Shown here: positions 62,140 through 64,000 of the stretch, piece by piece
Layout of the letters: every line of letters starts with the position of its first letter
Position numbering within the stretch: the first letter of the stretch is position 1
Source of the DNA: a virus
Taxonomy: Duplodnaviria > Caudoviricetes
IMG/VR virus record: IMGVR_UViG_3300013426_000014
Span: 160,001-224,000 of that record
Reading direction: 5' to 3' (one strand)
DNA: 64,000 nucleotides
Position numbers and translations under genes: made by a program
The notes under the pieces: model-generated
What the model was told of the DNA's origin: nothing
Database searches by the model: none
The model's input: the letters and a program-made list of their open reading frames with translations, nothing else

Positions 62140-62255
62140 TATAGGATTCGTTTATTTGACCCGTGACGAACGTCTGGACAAAAGATGCAGTATTTATCGG
62201 TTTTATATGAATAATCGTCCAGGGGACGATATATAATATATAGAATTGATATTAA

Positions 62256-62344
62256 GGAAAGTTACCCAAGTCGGTGAAGGGGACGGTTTGCTAAACCGTT
62301 AGGTCGCGTCAAGCGGCGCGGGAGTTCGAGCCTCCCACTTTCCG
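62256..62344 (+). tRNA. tRNA-Ser(GCT)
   Basis: ACGGT-TT GCT AA-ACCGT; long variable arm. Confidence 0.92.
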
Positions 62345-62352
62345 CGCATTAT

Positions 62353-62424
62353 GTTCCTGTGGCGCAATGGAAGCGCATTTCGGTCCTAACGAAAGGGTTG
62401 CGTGTTCGAGTCACGCCAGGAATA
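62353..62424 (+). tRNA. tRNA-Arg(CCT)
   Basis: TTTCG-GT CCT AA-CGAAA. Confidence 0.85.
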
Positions 62425-62664
62425 CGGATCATCCCATGTCCTTCTTCGGTGCAAGGACCTTGCCAGCGGGAACGGCCTTGTAAATCGCGGTTAAAGCGTG
62501 CGCGTTTTGGATCTCGCTGTATTGAGCTTCGGGTAGGCTAGACCGGATATAATACATAAACCGGCGAATACGCGCGGCGTGACGGCGGGTGGATATAATC
62601 ACCCGCGTACGTGGAAAGACCGCGATGCAGCGGGATGATTTTTTTGATTATAATTTTAATAGAT

Positions 62665-63057
62665 ATGGTTGTATTGAAATCTATTTTGTTTGTGATCGGA
62701 GCAATTATTGCTCTGATTGCGATTGCCGGGACAGTGATGATGTTGTTTCACGTGCTATCGATGTGTGCGCATGACAAAGATTGTGATAATCTTGCGGCGG
62801 CAAATGATGTCGACATACCAGAATCGGCGGAGGAATACAGGATCGGGACGGAAGAGCCGTATGATGTTATCAATCCGGTGCTGGTAAACAAAACAGTCGG
62901 TAATGTCGTTACGAATCCGAATGATGACGGTCAGGATTCCGACGGCAATACGATGACAGTGTCGCCTGATGATAGCACAACAACAGTGGAGCCGGAGCCG
63001 CCTGTGAAAAAGAAAACCATGCGGAAGAAAAAGACAAGTGTCAATCCGGTCGAATAG
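62665..63057 (+). CDS. Single-pass membrane protein
   Basis: N-terminal TM helix, acidic linker, Lys-rich tail. Confidence 0.6.
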   Translation: MVVLKSILFVIGAIIALIAIAGTVMMLFHVLSMCAHDKDCDNLAAANDVDIPESAEEYRIGTEEPYDVINPVLVNKTVGNVVTNPNDDGQDSDGNTMTVSPDDSTTTVEPEPPVKKKTMRKKKTSVNPVE

Positions 63058-63162
63058 CCGGTTTCACAATGCCATTTTGATCCGGGACCGTGTGTTCCGG
63101 ATTTTTATTAATATGCGGTCGGATAGATATTTTCATATAATATACAGCAGACTTTTAATTTT

Positions 63163-63621
63163 ATGTTCAGGACAGAGAAAGGCGGCAGGGTAGAGGATCC
63201 GGCCGCATATGTCAAGGAATACATCAAATCCCGTCGGGGAACACCGGTACAGGTCATAATAGGCAGTGATTCACAGAATTACGGTCCTGTAACTTCATAT
63301 GCTACCGTCATTGTGCTGTATGTTCCGGGTCATGGCGGTCATGTGCTGTATGAGCGCGACCGCAAGAAAAGAGAGATTTCCAACGCGGCTCGGCTGCTGA
63401 ACGAGGTGTCGAGAAGCATCACGACGGCGGATATGCTGAAGGCGGGCGGCGTCGGAAAGGTTGACTACATCGATATCGATATCAATCCGGATGACAGGTA
63501 CAAGTCGAACGGCGTGTACGCCGCGGCGGTCGGTATGGTCCGCGGCATGGGGTATGAGTGTAGGTGTAAGACGCTGGGCGCCGCGGCGACGTATTGCGCC
63601 GACCGGGCAGCGAGACGTTAA
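63163..63621 (+). CDS. RNase H-like YkuK family protein
   Basis: IIGSDSQ...YATVIV...GGHVLY...RLLNEV..S...IDIN...KSN...ATYCAD. Confidence 0.85.
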   Translation: MFRTEKGGRVEDPAAYVKEYIKSRRGTPVQVIIGSDSQNYGPVTSYATVIVLYVPGHGGHVLYERDRKKREISNAARLLNEVSRSITTADMLKAGGVGKVDYIDIDINPDDRYKSNGVYAAAVGMVRGMGYECRCKTLGAAATYCADRAARR

Positions 63622-63635
63622 AATCGGATGACCGA

Positions 63636-64000
63636 ATGAACAGCAAACTATCTTCTGAATCTTTTGTTGTTTCCGGCCCGTCGTTTCGTTCGGGCGCGCG
63701 GCCGTCGTGGTGCCGAGTGAAATACCCGTTTAATTCGGCTCCGTATCTCGACAATCATTTCTTGCGGATCGATACGGACGGATCGTTTCCTGATACAAAT
63801 TGTCTGAAATGGCCGCAGTCGTTGCGTTTCGCCGCCAGCAGGTTTCATTATAACATGCGGACGGAGCATCATGCGCGGCTGACGGAAGACGTCCGGCTGT
63901 ATCAGAGCACATGCATGAACTGTGTCTATTATGTCAGTAAATTCAATTATTCGCCGAAAGCGGTGATGCATCGCGCGAATCATCTGCTGAACGAGCTTGA
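63636..64000 (+). CDS. Hypothetical protein, truncated by window end
   Basis: Open frame from ATG 63636 to the end of the window. Confidence 0.5.
   Translation, partial: MNSKLSSESFVVSGPSFRSGARPSWCRVKYPFNSAPYLDNHFLRIDTDGSFPDTNCLKWPQSLRFAASRFHYNMRTEHHARLTEDVRLYQSTCMNCVYYVSKFNYSPKAVMHRANHLLNEL

Overview
Segment of a large T4-like/jumbo-type bacteriophage, most likely infecting Bacteroidota (TAnnTTTG promoters, BACON domains, DUF4494-like gene). Layout: a minus-strand tail/adhesin block (1-17.8 kb), then nucleotide-metabolism and replication genes (S1-like protein, tmk-like kinase, thyA, folA, dut, N-terminal half of a split PolB followed by a homing endonuclease). It continues with 33 tRNA genes interleaved with unexplained structured RNAs (mostly 42.4-48.9 kb) and accessory genes (methyltransferase-like, vWA, PurA-like, Pth2). 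Main result: many putative late/virion genes are interrupted by in-frame TGA codons, often at conserved Trp positions (17 in one >2,249-codon adhesin). Early/metabolic genes use only TGG and almost never stop at TGA. The only UGA-reading tRNA I found is a tRNA-Trp(UCA) gene (46860-47224) whose anticodon is split by a 293-nt group I intron; its internal guide sequence pairs exactly with the CUU|CAA junction. TGA-to-Trp recoding therefore appears to depend on a self-splicing step. Immediately downstream are a conserved hypothetical protein and a circularly permuted, YrlA-like tRNA-mimic RNA. All calls were made by eye; no database searches were run.
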